The notes: generated from the sequence alone by a model not told the origin. 64,000 nt of DNA from an uncultured delta proteobacterium (GCA_963769935.1 CAVYNY010000017.1:1-64000); one strand, 5' to 3'. Shown: positions 1-11,878, numbered from the stretch's first letter. Numbers and translations are program-made.

Positions 1-211
1 CGCAGCCCAGGACCGCGTTATGGAGCGTATCGGCCGGTCGGGTTTACAAGGTGAGTGTGGTCCAAAGCTGAACCCGGAGAAGGATCCGCAGTACTGGTAC
101 AACCAGCCGGGAGCGCCCAAGCCGAAATTGGCCAACGAGAAGCCGCCGGGCAAGACCATGCCCTACGATCAGATCATGAAGGAGATGCTGGACGGGACAC
201 TGCCGCTGTAA
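1..211 (+). CDS. C-terminal end of a glycerol ABC transporter substrate-binding protein (GlpV-like), partial
   Basis: Frame is open from the window edge: AAQDRVMERIGRSGLQGECGPKLNPEKDPQYWYNQPGAPKPKLANEKPPG. This resembles the C-terminus of GlpV-type binding proteins as I recall them, and glpKABR lie 16 kb away. Confidence 0.65.
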   Translation, partial: AAQDRVMERIGRSGLQGECGPKLNPEKDPQYWYNQPGAPKPKLANEKPPGKTMPYDQIMKEMLDGTLPL

Positions 212-287
212 GCAGGTTCCTTTGGCCCGAGAATTTAGAACTTCTAATGTATAAATCCGGGCATAAGTCTCCGTAACGCCTCTGAAA

Positions 288-328
288 TATGCCTGGAATT
301 CCCTGAACCAGCGGGAATTCCGGGCATA
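288..328 (+). terminator. Strong hairpin downstream of the first gene (terminator-like)
   Basis: TATGCCTGGAATTCCC-9 nt-GGGAATTCCGGGCATA, a 16-bp stem with one G:U pair, lying between convergent genes. Confidence 0.5.
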
Positions 329-533
329 CGCGTTTTGACTAGCCGCACGTGGGTGCAGCTCGGCTTCTCGCGCAACTGAATGCAGATTGCTGCTATTGCG
401 CATCGAGTACTTCCATAAATTTTTTAATTTTCAGAGCTGTCCCAGCCTCCCGCGCTTCCCCGTTTCTCAGCCTCCCCACTTTTCCGATAGCTTGCTTTCT
501 CGTCTCCCAGCTTCATAGCCCAACCACTGTCAT

Positions 534-610
534 CTATCTATCAACTATGTACTGTCAACTATCAACTATCAACTATGAGCTATGAGCTATCAGCTCTCAG
601 CTATGAACTA
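534..610. repeat. Degenerate heptamer tandem repeat (CTATCAA/CTATGAG)
   Basis: About 10 units: ctatcaa ctatgta ctgtcaa ctatcaa ctatcaa ctatgag ctatgag ctatcag ctctcag ctatgaa. Confidence 0.8.
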
Positions 611-614
611 ATCA

Positions 615-1965
615 CTACCTGGGTGGATTGCGCTGCTCGATGATGTTGTATTTTATGATTTTGCGGTAGAGCGTCATCCGGGACCAGTTGAGTTTACCGG
701 CCGCTGCGGCTTTTTTCCAATTGGTTGAGATCAAAGCGGAAACGATGGCGCCCCGCTCATTTACAGCAGGTGTATTGGCTTTTGCGAGGTCGCGACGAAA
801 CTGCAGGGGCAGATTCGAAACGTCGATTTTTTGGGGTGGGGGATTCACATAAACAGCTTCGAAAAGGTTAATCAACTCCCGGACATTCCCAGGCCAATCA
901 TACCGCATCAAACATGCCAGGGCCGCTTCCGTCAATCCCTGAATATCGCGATGGTAACGATGATTCAACGATGCGATGACATAGCCGGCCAAATCGGGTA
1001 TATCCTCCTTGCGCTCGCGGAGGGCCGGCAGGTTCACCCGCACCACATTGAGCCGATAATAAAGGTCTTCCCGGAATTTTCCGGCCGAGACCAGCTGCGC
1101 CGGATCTTTATTGGTGGCGGCGATGATCCTCACCTGCAACGGGATGTCTTTTTTACCGCCCAGTCTGATGATCATTTTATTCTCGATTATTCTCAGAATC
1201 TTGGCCTGGGCAAAAGCGCTCATATCGCCGATCTCATCCAATAGGACACTGCCGCCGTCCGCCAGCTCAAATTTGCCCGGTTTGGTGGCCAGTGCTCCCG
1301 TGAAAGCGCCGCGGTCATAACCGAACAATTCGCTTTCGATGAGGGTTTCCGGCAGTGCGGCACAGTTAATCGAGACAAACGGCCGTGCGTTTCGCGAACT
1401 GCATTTATGGACCAGCTCGGCGGCCAGCTCCTTGCCGGTGCCGGTCTCGCCGGTAATCAGGACGGTGGCGTCGGTTGCGGCTACTTGCTTAAGGTAGCTT
1501 CTGATTTTCCGCATTGGTTTGCTGCCGCCGATCATCTCCCGGTCCGGCGGTCCGGCTGAGCCGTTGCTATTTGAACGGTACGCGGGCGGAGGTGAATGGC
1601 CGTTCAGGAATTCGCGAATACGCCGCATGACTTCTTCGCATTGAAAAGGCACGTTAAAGTAGTCATTCACGCCGGCTCTGAACGCCGAGATAATCCCGTC
1701 CTCGGAGCTGTGCAGCGAAATCATGATGATGGGAATGGCGCCGTCAATTCGCCGGATCTGCCTGACGGAATGCAAGCCATCCCTTGATATCATTTGAGAC
1801 GGATGTGATGATTACAGTGGCAGGCGGACGCTTTTTTACGATTCGAAAAGCTTCGCCCTGATCGATGGTTTCAATGATTTTAAAATCATTGCTTTCAAAC
1901 CGGGCTTTGAGAATTTGCCTGCCGATCTGATCTTTTCCTAATATGAGAATCTCCGATGTTTCCAC
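615..1965 (-). CDS. Sigma-54-dependent activator (NtrC family: atypical receiver + AAA+ + Fis HTH), one frameshift near 1785
   Basis: GETGTGKE Walker A, ELFGYDRGAFTGA, LLDEIGD and a C-terminal HTH (SRMTLYRK). The receiver N-terminus is in ORF 1744..1983 (GTG at 1965 after a G-rich RBS) and continues in ORF 615..1793. Confidence 0.9.
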
Positions 1966-2709
1966 GGTATCCCCCCCTTGCAACCATGAAAACCGGCGTT
2001 GGCATTGCTTTCAGCATTTCAGTGAATGGCAACTGAAAATCTCCATTTCGCCTGGTTTTTGGCTCATATTTGAATCTACCCTTCAAATTTAATGCCAGAT
2101 TTTGAACGGTAGCAGAGGCATAAAGCGCATATATCTTATACCCTATTGAATCTTAAAGTAATTTTTCAGAAGAGCGCTTGCTGAATGGCACTTTGCATCA
2201 GCAAAAGCAAATGACTTTCTATCTACTTGATTTACACTTTGGTCCATAGCTATATAGTTAGTAGACATTTTGAAAAGCAGTCGATCGCCAAGTTAAACGG
2301 GCAATTGCTACCAGCGGATCATTTTCAGCCGGAGACTGGTTAAAAGGCCGCTTCAGATGGAGGTGCTGAAATTCGACGAAACAGCTTATCAGTGTGGAAT
2401 TTCAATGATGGAGGGAACAACCGCTAAAAATACCAGATCACTCAATAGCTTATCTGATACATTCTACCTGGTGAATTTCAGCCTATTTCTCCCGCACTTA
2501 AGCCATTTAATATAACTTGCAGATTAATTTAAGCCGTAGAAAGAAGAGTAAGTGTTTACGCGAGACAGCCCGATCCCCTCGCTGAGAGTCGTCAATGAAT
2601 GAGTTTAAAATTCCATTGCATGCCATCCCGCTAATGAAGCAGATGTCAAGTTACCGGAATGGCGGTTGTAATCGTATGATGCTACATAGGAGCTTTATTG
2701 TCAAGGCGT

Positions 2710-5700
2710 TTACCTGCCGATTGAAGATGACGCTTTTTGAAATCTTACTTTGCGGGTTTTCAGGCTGTCGACCAGGGAACAAAGTACCGGCACGACAATC
2801 AGGGTGAGCAGGGTGGCAAACCCCAGTCCGAAGATCACGGCCACCGCCATGGGGCCCCACCATTGCGATGATTCGCCGCCGATATCCAGGGCCATTTTGC
2901 GGAAGTCAAAACTGATGCCGGTCGCCATGGGCAGTAATCCCAGGATGGTCGTGATGGCGGTCAGCATCACCGGACGGAAACGGACCGAGCCGGCGCGCAG
3001 GAGGGCATCAAAGGATGTAAACCCTTTGGCCAAAAGCTGGTTGTAGTAGTCAATAAGAACGATGGCGTTGTTGACTACCACCCCGGCCAGGCTGATGACG
3101 CCGATACCGGTCATGATGATGCCGAAGGCGGTTCCGGTGACCAGCAGTCCGATAAACACCCCGACCAGCGAGAGGACCACCGAGGTGATAATAATAAGGG
3201 GGGTGATAAAAGAGTTAAACTGGGTCATCAGGATCAGCAAAATGACGGCAATGGCGGCAAAAAAGGCTTTGCTCAGAAAAGCCCTGGGCTTTGGCCTGCT
3301 CTTCCTGTTCGCCGCTGAAGCGATACGCATAGCCCCGGGGCCACATGATATTTTTTCTTCAGCCGGGCGTCAATATCCTTGATTACGTCATTGGCCAGGC
3401 GACCGGATACATCTCCGGAAATGGTGACCACGCGTTTCTGATCCAGCCGCATGATGGCACCGATACCGCTGCCCAGAGAGACTTCGGCCAGCGATGTCAG
3501 GGGGATGGGGTCGCCCCGCGGTCCGGAAACCGTTATCCTTTTAAGACTTTCAATGGAGCGGCGGTCGCGTTCGGGCAGCCTCGCCATAATGTCGTATTCA
3601 TCCTTGCCTTCCCGATAAACACCCGCCTTAACCCCGTTGATGGCAGCCTTGACGGTGTAGGCAATGGTAAACGTATCCAACCCCAGCAGGGCGGCCTTTT
3701 CTTTGTCCACCCGCACCCGGATTTCCGGTTTGCCTTTCACAAAGTTGTCTTTCAGATCCACCAGCCCGGAGATGTCCCGGATTTCCCGGCGCACCTTCGC
3801 GGCCAGCTCGCCCAGTTCGAGGATATCCTCGCCGGAAATTTCAATGTTTATGGGGGCACCGGTGGGCGGTCCTTCTGCTTCCTTTTCAACCTGCACCTGG
3901 GCCCCCTGAATAGTTTTTAAAATTCGCTGCCGCACTTCCTTAATGATTTCCGAAGACGGGCGGGAGCGGTCGTGAAAGTCCTTGAAATCCAACACCACAC
4001 GGCTGATGTGGGTCCCGGTGCCGCCTTGGGAAAAAGGGTCCCCGCCCAGCGCCCCGATATTGGAGATGACGTAACGAATGTCTTTATAGTCGGATAGAAT
4101 CTCTTCCACCCGGGCCACCAGCTTGTCGGAGGTATCCAGGTTGGTGCCTTCCGGCGCTTTGATGTTGACATAGGCCCGTTTGGGTTCGGTTTCAGGAAAA
4201 AACTCAGCCCCCTTGCCGAATAAGATGAAGGCCGCGATCGAGGTAATCAGCATGACAAAAGCGCACAGCATCACAAGCCCACGGTGGTGCAGGCACCGGC
4301 GCAGCAAAAAAAGGTATAGGCGTATGGCGATCGGTTCGCTGATTTTGGCTTTATCGCCCGGCTGGGCCGTTTTAACTCGCTGGTAGCGGGCGGAGAGGAC
4401 CGGATTGATAATCAAGGCTACAAACAACGATGCACTCAAGGCCATGATCAGCGTCATCGGCAGATAGCCCATGAATTCGCCCATGATGCCCGGCCAGAAC
4501 ATCATCGGCGCAAAAGCACCCAGGGTGGTCAGGGTCGAGGTGATCACCGGCCAGGCAACCTGATCGGCCCCGACGCGGGCGGCTTCCTGCCGGCTTTTGC
4601 CCTGCTGCATGTGCCGGTAGATATTTTCCACGATCACAATGCCGTTGTCCACCAGCATGCCCAGGGCCAGAATCAGCGAAAACAGCACCACCATGTTCAT
4701 GGTCACACCAAAACCTGTCAGCAGGGCAAAGGTGATAAACATGGAGTAGGGAATCGCCAGCGCCACGAAAACGGCCGACTGGCCGCCGATGAAAACAAAA
4801 ATAACCGCCAGCACCAGGAGCAGCCCGGAAATGATGTTGTTTTCCAGATCGGCCACCATCAGCCGCACGTCGCCGGACATGTCGGCGGTCAGATCAATTT
4901 TAAGGGTTTGCGGCAGTCGCGGCCGCATCCGCGCAACAATCCGTTTGACTTCATCGGTCACCCGCACGATGTTCTCGCCGCTGCGCTTGGAGACCGCAAT
5001 GGTGACACTCTTTTCCCGGTTGATCCGGCTGCGGGTCAAGGGATCCTTGAAGGCGTCCCGGATGAAGGCAACGTCGCGCAGATAGACCGGCTTGCCGTCC
5101 CGCACAAAGGCCACGATGGAAAAAATATCGGACGGATGCTTGAAATCCTCGGGAACCCGCACCAGGTATTTGGCTTCACCGATATCCATACTGCCGCCGG
5201 GCATATTCACGTTGCCGCGGGTGACCGAATTGATGATGCTCGAAAACGGCACGTTATAGGCCGCCACCCGATCCATGTCGAATTCCACATGGATTTCCCG
5301 CTCCAGACCGCCGCTGATGCGGGCTTCCAGCACACCGGCGACGGATTCAATCTGATCCTGCAAATCTTCTGCCAGATTCTGCAGCCGCCGCAGGCTGAGC
5401 GGACCCGACAGGACCACCCGGATCACGGGCATATCTGAAAAATTGACTTCCTGAATGACCGGATCATCGGGGAGATCGGCCGGCAGATCGTTTTGGGCCT
5501 GATCCACTTTGTCCCTGACTTTCTGAAGGGCGTCGTCCAGGTCGACCTTGGGCAAAAACTTGATGGCCACGGTGGAATATCCCTCGGCCGAGGTGGAACG
5601 GATTTCTTCCACATTATCGATGCCCTTGAGTTTGCGTTCGATGGGAATGGTGATCAGCTTCTCCATGTCTTCCGGAGCCACCCCTTCGTAGGTGGTGGTA

Positions 5701-5840
5701 ACGAAGACATAAGGAATGGAAATGTCCGGAAACGATTCGCGCGGCAGGGTGGCGTAACAATAAACGCCGACGATGACAAGGATGACCAGCAGGGCCAGAA
5801 CCGTTACCTGTCGTTTGAGGGCCGTTTGATTCAGAATCAT
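2710..5840 (-). CDS. RND efflux permease (AcrB/AcrD/AcrF family), two +1 frameshifts near 3350 and 3283
   Basis: LPRESFPDI, GMLVDNGIVIVENI, GVVVNNAIVLID and RFRPVMLT motifs. The two ORFs join through a short third frame (NIMWPRGYAYRFSGEQEEQ). Confidence 0.93.
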
Positions 5841-6892
5841 TGAACAATCACCCTCATCCCGTCCTCGACTTCGGTGTGCCCCTTGACAATCAGATGATCG
5901 CCGGCGTTCAACCCGCTGGTGATCTGCACCCGATCGCCTTCAATCACACCGATGGAGATGATTCGCGATTCGGCAAGGCCGTCTTTTTCGATAAAAACAA
6001 TTCTTTCACCGCCTTTATCGACGACGGCAAACAACGGCGCTGCCAGCGCCGCGGGAATGGTCCGGCGCACGAAAGCCACCCGGCCGATCATTCCCGGCCG
6101 GATATCATGCGCGGGATTTTCGATGAGGGATCGCACTAGAAAGGTCTTGGTGGCAGGATCGGCCTTAAGCGCGACAAAGTCCACGGTGCCCGTCAACATG
6201 AGTTCGGCAAAAGCATCGATCCGAATGGGTGTCTTTTGGCCCTTTTTGACATAACGCACATCCAACTCGGGCACCTGGACATTGATCTTGATTCGGTCGA
6301 TGTTGACAATGTTGGCTATCGGTTTGCCGGCTTCCGCATATTCACCGACTTCCAGATAGAGATGATTGACGATGCCCGTCACGGGGGATTTCGGAAAGCC
6401 GTGATTGTATCTGACCTTGATCTGCTCGAGGTCGGCCGCCGCCAGTTTCAGCTGTGTTCCACTTTGGTCCAGCTCTTCCCGGGCGATGATTTTGTTGTCA
6501 TAAAGCCGCCGGCGCCGCTGGTAGAGATCATCGGCCAGTTCGTAAGCCGCTTGGGCATGTTCCAAGGAAGCTTTAAGCGCTGAAACGTCTATTTTGGCCA
6601 GCTGATCACCTTTTTTTACTATCTGCCCCTCACGGGGGCCGATCCATTCAACCCGGCCGCTGGTATTGGCCGCGACCTGGACATCCTCATAGGCCTCGGT
6701 TTCTCCAGGTAAGAAGATGACGTCTCGGATGGAAACCGGTTCGACAACGGTCACGGCCACCGGAATCGCAGGTGCCTGCGCGGTAATGCCGGCCATATCG
6801 GCCCTGCTTTCCTGATCTTTGCAGCCCGTCATGACAAATGCCGACAGCAACGCTGTCATGACGGCCGCTTTAAACGCATTTGCGGGTTTCAT
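5837..6892 (-). CDS. RND periplasmic adaptor (MFP) lipoprotein
   Basis: Lipobox MTGC, lipoyl/hairpin pattern, RPGM motif; overlaps the RND start by 4 nt. Confidence 0.92.
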   Translation of the reverse strand: MKPANAFKAAVMTALLSAFVMTGCKDQESRADMAGITAQAPAIPVAVTVVEPVSIRDVIFLPGETEAYEDVQVAANTSGRVEWIGPREGQIVKKGDQLAKIDVSALKASLEHAQAAYELADDLYQRRRRLYDNKIIAREELDQSGTQLKLAAADLEQIKVRYNHGFPKSPVTGIVNHLYLEVGEYAEAGKPIANIVNIDRIKINVQVPELDVRYVKKGQKTPIRIDAFAELMLTGTVDFVALKADPATKTFLVRSLIENPAHDIRPGMIGRVAFVRRTIPAALAAPLFAVVDKGGERIVFIEKDGLAESRIISIGVIEGDRVQITSGLNAGDHLIVKGHTEVEDGMRVIVQ

Positions 6893-6893
6893 T

Positions 6894-7502
6894 TTACGTT
6901 TTTCCCTGCTTTAATCCTTGAAAGGCCACCCGCAAGAGGCGTTCGGGACGTTGGGGATCCGCCAGCTCGGGCAGAATCATATCCATCTTTAAACTGAAAT
7001 CAAGCATGCCGAGCACCAAAAAGGCGACATCCTCGGCATCGACATTTCTAATTTCTCCCGCCGATATTCCTTCCGCCAGTATCCGTTTGATGGCATCGAG
7101 CATCTGTCGCTGGTAACGGCCGAAATCATACGCGGGGATACCCAGGGGAGGGCCGAAAATGAGTCCGTGAATCATGACGTATAAGCTCTTGTACTGCCGA
7201 ATGCCCTCGTAGACCCGGCAATAAAGATATATCAAACGGTCCAATACCGATCCCCCGGCTTGTAAAATTTCGTTCAGAACTCCCTGCTGGACGGCGGCCG
7301 CCCATTCCAGGATGGCATAAAACAGACCCTCTTTGCTTTTAAAATAATAGTAAAGAACCGGTTTGCTGACGCCGGCTTGGCCGACAATTTCGCGCACCGA
7401 AGTTCCGGCATAACCTTTCTCGGCAAAAAGCCCGGTAGCGGTTTCCAACAGCCGTTGCCTGGCTTTGGCCTCCAGGGTCTTGATCTCGCTGGTGTTTTGC
7501 AT
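6894..7502 (-). CDS. TetR/AcrR family regulator
   Basis: LFAEKGYAGTSVREIVGQAGVSKPVLYYYFKSKEGLF HTH; first gene of the efflux operon. Confidence 0.93.
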   Translation of the reverse strand: MQNTSEIKTLEAKARQRLLETATGLFAEKGYAGTSVREIVGQAGVSKPVLYYYFKSKEGLFYAILEWAAAVQQGVLNEILQAGGSVLDRLIYLYCRVYEGIRQYKSLYVMIHGLIFGPPLGIPAYDFGRYQRQMLDAIKRILAEGISAGEIRNVDAEDVAFLVLGMLDFSLKMDMILPELADPQRPERLLRVAFQGLKQGKT

Positions 7503-7571
7503 AAAAGAAAATGTCCCGCTTTTTAAAAAAGCCACTTTTTAGATGAATAGGCTAATTTTGTCAAGATTAAT

Positions 7572-7618
7572 CCTACCTAACGGTAGGTATAGTATACCAT
7601 AAAATGCTGTAACTTCAA
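7572..7618 (-). promoter_or_regulatory. Sigma-70 promoter and TetR operator of the efflux operon
   Basis: Minus strand reads TTGAAG-N16-TATACT with an extended TG. The palindrome CCTACC-taac-GGTAGG (7572-7587) follows directly downstream of the -10. Confidence 0.6.
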
Positions 7619-7844
7619 ACAATCAGTCTTAGCTATCTAATATTATACGGTATATCACTTGACGAACAGGCACCATCAAATGGTCAATGATATGCTGTTG
7701 GACCCCTTACGAGTCGAGCATCCTAATTCTCAAGTTATTATCAAGTAGGCCGATAACATCTGAAGCCTGATGAAGGCAAAATGCCGCCAATCTTTTTGAT
7801 ATGAATAAGATCATGGTAAAATAGATTCAAATGGGGTTCACAGT

Positions 7845-9476
7845 ATGAAAAATTATCATAACCATATCCGCATTGGTCTTCTAAGCATCCTAATTTTAAT
7901 GATAATTTCACCCTCAAGCTTTGCCAAAAAATATACGTGGGAAACCTATACCCAACCATTTAGGAAGCCCACCCACCTTATCGCCCTTGGGCAATCAGTG
8001 GATATTTTTGTGTCCCTCCCGGAATTTATTAGAAACTATGAGGAAATTCCCCTGTATATTACCGCTGTTCAGGAAGATCCAGTAAATCCCAGCCGGAAAT
8101 TTTTAATTATAAATGATGGTTCCCAATGGGATGCTTATCCGCTACCCATTTTCGGGGAAGAAGAGGTTACCATCCAAATTAATGTCAAAACCGGGCAGCT
8201 AAAAGCCGGCTTAAATAAGCTCAGATTTATGGATGATGCGCATTCCTCACAGTACGGCTTAATTATAAAACAACTTCGTTTCGATCTGACCGGTAAAGCC
8301 GACATCAACCAGTACCGTGCTGACAGCCAAAAAAATGATACGGCAGCAAAGGATCAAAGCCCCGAGTCAGGTCCACTGATCCCAAAAACAATTGTTTCAG
8401 AGAAACAGAATCCGGCATCTAAATCAAAAATTAAAAATGATACCAGCCCGCCGGAAATAATCCTCACCTCCCACGATACCAACCGGGGGATGCAAGTCGT
8501 CCAGAACCAAAAAGTGGTAACCATAAAGGGCCGAGCCCAAGACTCCAGCGGTATTGTTGAAGTGATCATCGATAATAAGGAAGCCAATCTGGATAAAGAT
8601 GGAAATTTCAAGGCCGACACCTTCTTGAAAGTGGGCGAAAATAAGATAACAATTACAGCCATGGATCGTTACGGAAACAAATCTACCAAAACCATCACCA
8701 TCATCAGAAAGAATCCAGATATATCTCAGGCCAAGCAAGTCCCAAAATCATCGTCGGGTAAATATTATGCTCTGGTCATCGGCAACAACGACTATCAATA
8801 CATCGCTAAATTGCAAACCGCTAAAAAAGATGCCCAGCAGGTGGCGGCTGCCTTGGCCGACCGCTACGGGTTTGAGACCGATTTGTTGCTCAATGCTTCC
8901 CGTGAAGAAATCCTGCGGGCGATTAACGAGTATAGAAAGCGTCTAACGGAAAATGACAGTTTCCTGATATACTATGCCGGCCACGGCGAATTTGACAAAA
9001 CCACCAACAAAGCCTACTGGCTGCCGGTGGATGCCAAAAGCGATGATGATACGGATTGGATCATCGTGGATACCATCACCTCAAATATCAAACGGATATC
9101 ATCAAAGCATATTCTGATTGTATCTGACAGCTGCTATTCGGGCACACTGACCCGAGGTACTGTGGCCAAACTGGATTCCGGTCAGGCCAGAGATCGTTAT
9201 CTGGAGAGGATGAAAACCAAACGCTCTCGAACACTGCTGGCCAGCGGCGGCAATGAACCGGTCTCGGATTCAGGCGGGCAGGGACATTCTGTCTTTGCAG
9301 CTGCACTCCTGGATGGTTTGCAGGACATGGAAAAAGGGATCTTTACTGCGGAAGAGCTTTTTTATGTCCATATCAAGGAGCGGGTGGCGGGCAATGCCGA
9401 CCAGGTTCCCGAATACAATATCATTCGCAATTCTGGTCATGACGGTGGTGATTTTATTTTCCGCAAAACAGAATAA
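7845..9476 (+). CDS. Secreted caspase-family (peptidase C14) protein with an Ig-like domain
   Basis: Signal peptide, DTSPPEI Ig-like domain, ALVIGNNDY, catalytic dyad YYAGHG and SDSCYSG. Confidence 0.9.
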   Translation: MKNYHNHIRIGLLSILILMIISPSSFAKKYTWETYTQPFRKPTHLIALGQSVDIFVSLPEFIRNYEEIPLYITAVQEDPVNPSRKFLIINDGSQWDAYPLPIFGEEEVTIQINVKTGQLKAGLNKLRFMDDAHSSQYGLIIKQLRFDLTGKADINQYRADSQKNDTAAKDQSPESGPLIPKTIVSEKQNPASKSKIKNDTSPPEIILTSHDTNRGMQVVQNQKVVTIKGRAQDSSGIVEVIIDNKEANLDKDGNFKADTFLKVGENKITITAMDRYGNKSTKTITIIRKNPDISQAKQVPKSSSGKYYALVIGNNDYQYIAKLQTAKKDAQQVAAALADRYGFETDLLLNASREEILRAINEYRKRLTENDSFLIYYAGHGEFDKTTNKAYWLPVDAKSDDDTDWIIVDTITSNIKRISSKHILIVSDSCYSGTLTRGTVAKLDSGQARDRYLERMKTKRSRTLLASGGNEPVSDSGGQGHSVFAAALLDGLQDMEKGIFTAEELFYVHIKERVAGNADQVPEYNIIRNSGHDGGDFIFRKTE

Positions 9477-9558
9477 ACGCTAGATATCGTGCAAATGTTT
9501 CGGACACTTGGATATACTCCCTAATCTTGAATGCGTTGCAGGCTTTCAAATGTCCGCA

Positions 9559-11877
9559 TCAAGACAGAAATTCTTTCAACTCCTCGGGCAGCCAGGTAAA
9601 CTCAAGACAAACCTCCTGTCGGGGTGATGCAGACTCGCAGGATTGGGAGGGCACTACTTTCGCGTAGGCTTCAAACACCTCTAACTGTTCCGGAAGCGAC
9701 AGACGGAGCATCAGATTGGTATGAATTTTAATATCTTTATCAAGCGCAACCTCCGCTGAATTATTGGCAAGTGTAACCATGGTTCCGGCGATGGCTTTTT
9801 CCGACACTATTTTACCATCTATTGGAAAACAATCTACCGGAAGCGGTGGGTCAAGCCGGGCATAGGTCGGCTTCTTTTTTTCAGGCAGCGATACCTGATA
9901 AGTCCCGCCCATTGCTGAAATATCGTAAAGCATCAGAGGTTTATCGATCCCCTTAAACTGTGCCTCTCTGAAATCGCGCACCTTAACCATGTCATGTACT
10001 TTGGCATAGGTGTTGGGGCTGATCAGGATTTGTCCGCCAATGGTATAAGATTCGACCCGATAGGCAAGATTAATCGTCTGCCCGACGGCACCATATTTTG
10101 CCCTCCGCTCAGAGCCGATGTTTCCGACAACTACCTCACCCGAATTTATTCCGATTCCCATAATCAGTTCGGGCAGATTAAGACGACGATGCTCGGCGTT
10201 CACTTTTGCCAGCGAATTCTGCATTTCGATCGCGCAGGCTACCGCTCGCTGGGGATCGTCGTCGGCACATATGGGAGCACCAAAAAACACCAGGATGCCG
10301 TCGCCCTGAAACTCGCTGACCGTTCCTCGATAACGGGCTATGATCTCAACCATCTCTCCGAAATAACGATTGATGATTTCTATCACCTGGTCAGGTTCAA
10401 GCGTCGAAGTCAGAGCTGTAAACCCTCGCAGGTCGGAGACCAGAAAAGTGACTTCACGTATCTCCCCGCTCAGTTTCAGCCCGTCGGGTGAGCTCAGCAA
10501 ATCTTCAACCACTTCCCTGCTCAAGTAGCGACCAAAGGTTTCGCGGATAAAATCACGTTGCCGGAGGCTCTTAAGCTTTTCCTTTTCCTCTTGAATATAG
10601 CGGTAGACCAAAATTGAAAATACAGAAAAGGTGATGATGAGAAGCGGACGAATAACCGGAAATAGTATCTGGCCGTAAATAAAGGCGATACCTGCGGCAG
10701 AAATGAAAACGCCTCCGAACACAATCGTGATCAGGGTAAAGTAGACGGATGAGAGACGCAGGCTTAACAGGACGATTGCGGCCATCAGTAGCACTTCTAG
10801 GCCGAGCATCTGCCAAAAAGAAAGTTCCCGCAAAAAGGATTCTGTCAGAATACTGTTAACAATATTGGCATGTACCCCGCTCAGCGGAAAATTAAAATCC
10901 GTAGGCACTGGCCCGATATCCGTCGAACCGGTGGAGACATCAGAAATGATAACGATTTTGTCTGCCAGCTCTTCTCGCCAGATTTCCAATTCATCCTGAT
11001 CATCGGAGGCCTTAAGGATATCGGCAAAACTATAGTGATCCATGATGCCCCATGGGCCAATATAATTAACGATCATATTGCCGTTTCGATCAATGGGAAT
11101 TTCAATATCACGCAATTTTTCCTCACCCGGCCTGTGCGCGTCGCGCAGGATGATTGCCATACCTGGTTTGACAATTATTTTTTGCGGCGGTACGCTCAGA
11201 TAGTCGCAGACAACCCTGAGGGGTAATATGGGATAGTAGGTGCCGCCAGAGCGCACAAGCAGGGGAACCCGGCGCAGCACCCCATCGCGATCCAATTTAA
11301 CACTGAGTGATCCCAACCCGCGGGATGCAATTGCCAAGTCGGCAAAAGTGGCAAGCGGATTTGTGCCCAAAATTAAAGTATCCGGATTTCCCTCCACTGC
11401 AACTTTCCATTTTGCAAATTCGATGTAGGGATTTTCCTCAGGTGGTTTCGGCGACAAAGACCGAAATTGTTCCGGTGTCAATAGTTCAAGCGCCAGACCG
11501 AAATAGGCATTGCCGGCCTCTTTGGCTGCTGAGATTAAGGAAGAATCGTCGGTTGCATTTTTGCGGGCGGCAAAAATAAAATCGTAAACTTGGGCCGAAA
11601 CATGCATGGCTGAGAGATTGCGAACTACCTGAGCAAAATGGGATCGGTCTAAATACTGATTCTGCAGGCGGGCCAGACTGGAATTGTTGAGATCAAGGTG
11701 TACGACCGTGTTATCATAGACCGGACGAAATTCATCATAGGCATATCGAAGCACAAAAAACTGATCCATTGTCTGCTTATTCCAGATTTCAAAGACATTG
11801 GGCAATATCCAAAAGCAAAGATGCGCTGTTATGAACGAAATTAGAACTAAGATGATGGACGTGCGTACGTTTCGCAT
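9559..11877 (-). CDS. CHASE2-domain class III nucleotide cyclase with C-terminal PilZ-like barrel
   Basis: DRDGVLRRVPL and GVHANIVNSIL (CHASE2), 3 TM helices, then SDLRGFT, EFQGDG and NLAYRVES (cyclase). Confidence 0.9.
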   Translation of the reverse strand: MRNVRTSIILVLISFITAHLCFWILPNVFEIWNKQTMDQFFVLRYAYDEFRPVYDNTVVHLDLNNSSLARLQNQYLDRSHFAQVVRNLSAMHVSAQVYDFIFAARKNATDDSSLISAAKEAGNAYFGLALELLTPEQFRSLSPKPPEENPYIEFAKWKVAVEGNPDTLILGTNPLATFADLAIASRGLGSLSVKLDRDGVLRRVPLLVRSGGTYYPILPLRVVCDYLSVPPQKIIVKPGMAIILRDAHRPGEEKLRDIEIPIDRNGNMIVNYIGPWGIMDHYSFADILKASDDQDELEIWREELADKIVIISDVSTGSTDIGPVPTDFNFPLSGVHANIVNSILTESFLRELSFWQMLGLEVLLMAAIVLLSLRLSSVYFTLITIVFGGVFISAAGIAFIYGQILFPVIRPLLIITFSVFSILVYRYIQEEKEKLKSLRQRDFIRETFGRYLSREVVEDLLSSPDGLKLSGEIREVTFLVSDLRGFTALTSTLEPDQVIEIINRYFGEMVEIIARYRGTVSEFQGDGILVFFGAPICADDDPQRAVACAIEMQNSLAKVNAEHRRLNLPELIMGIGINSGEVVVGNIGSERRAKYGAVGQTINLAYRVESYTIGGQILISPNTYAKVHDMVKVRDFREAQFKGIDKPLMLYDISAMGGTYQVSLPEKKKPTYARLDPPLPVDCFPIDGKIVSEKAIAGTMVTLANNSAEVALDKDIKIHTNLMLRLSLPEQLEVFEAYAKVVPSQSCESASPRQEVCLEFTWLPEELKEFLS

Positions 11878-11878
11878 T

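Noticed and set aside
2186..2202. TGGCAC...TTGC as a + strand sigma-54 promoter
   Set aside because: GG-to-GC spacing is not 10 nt and no gene lies downstream on that strand.
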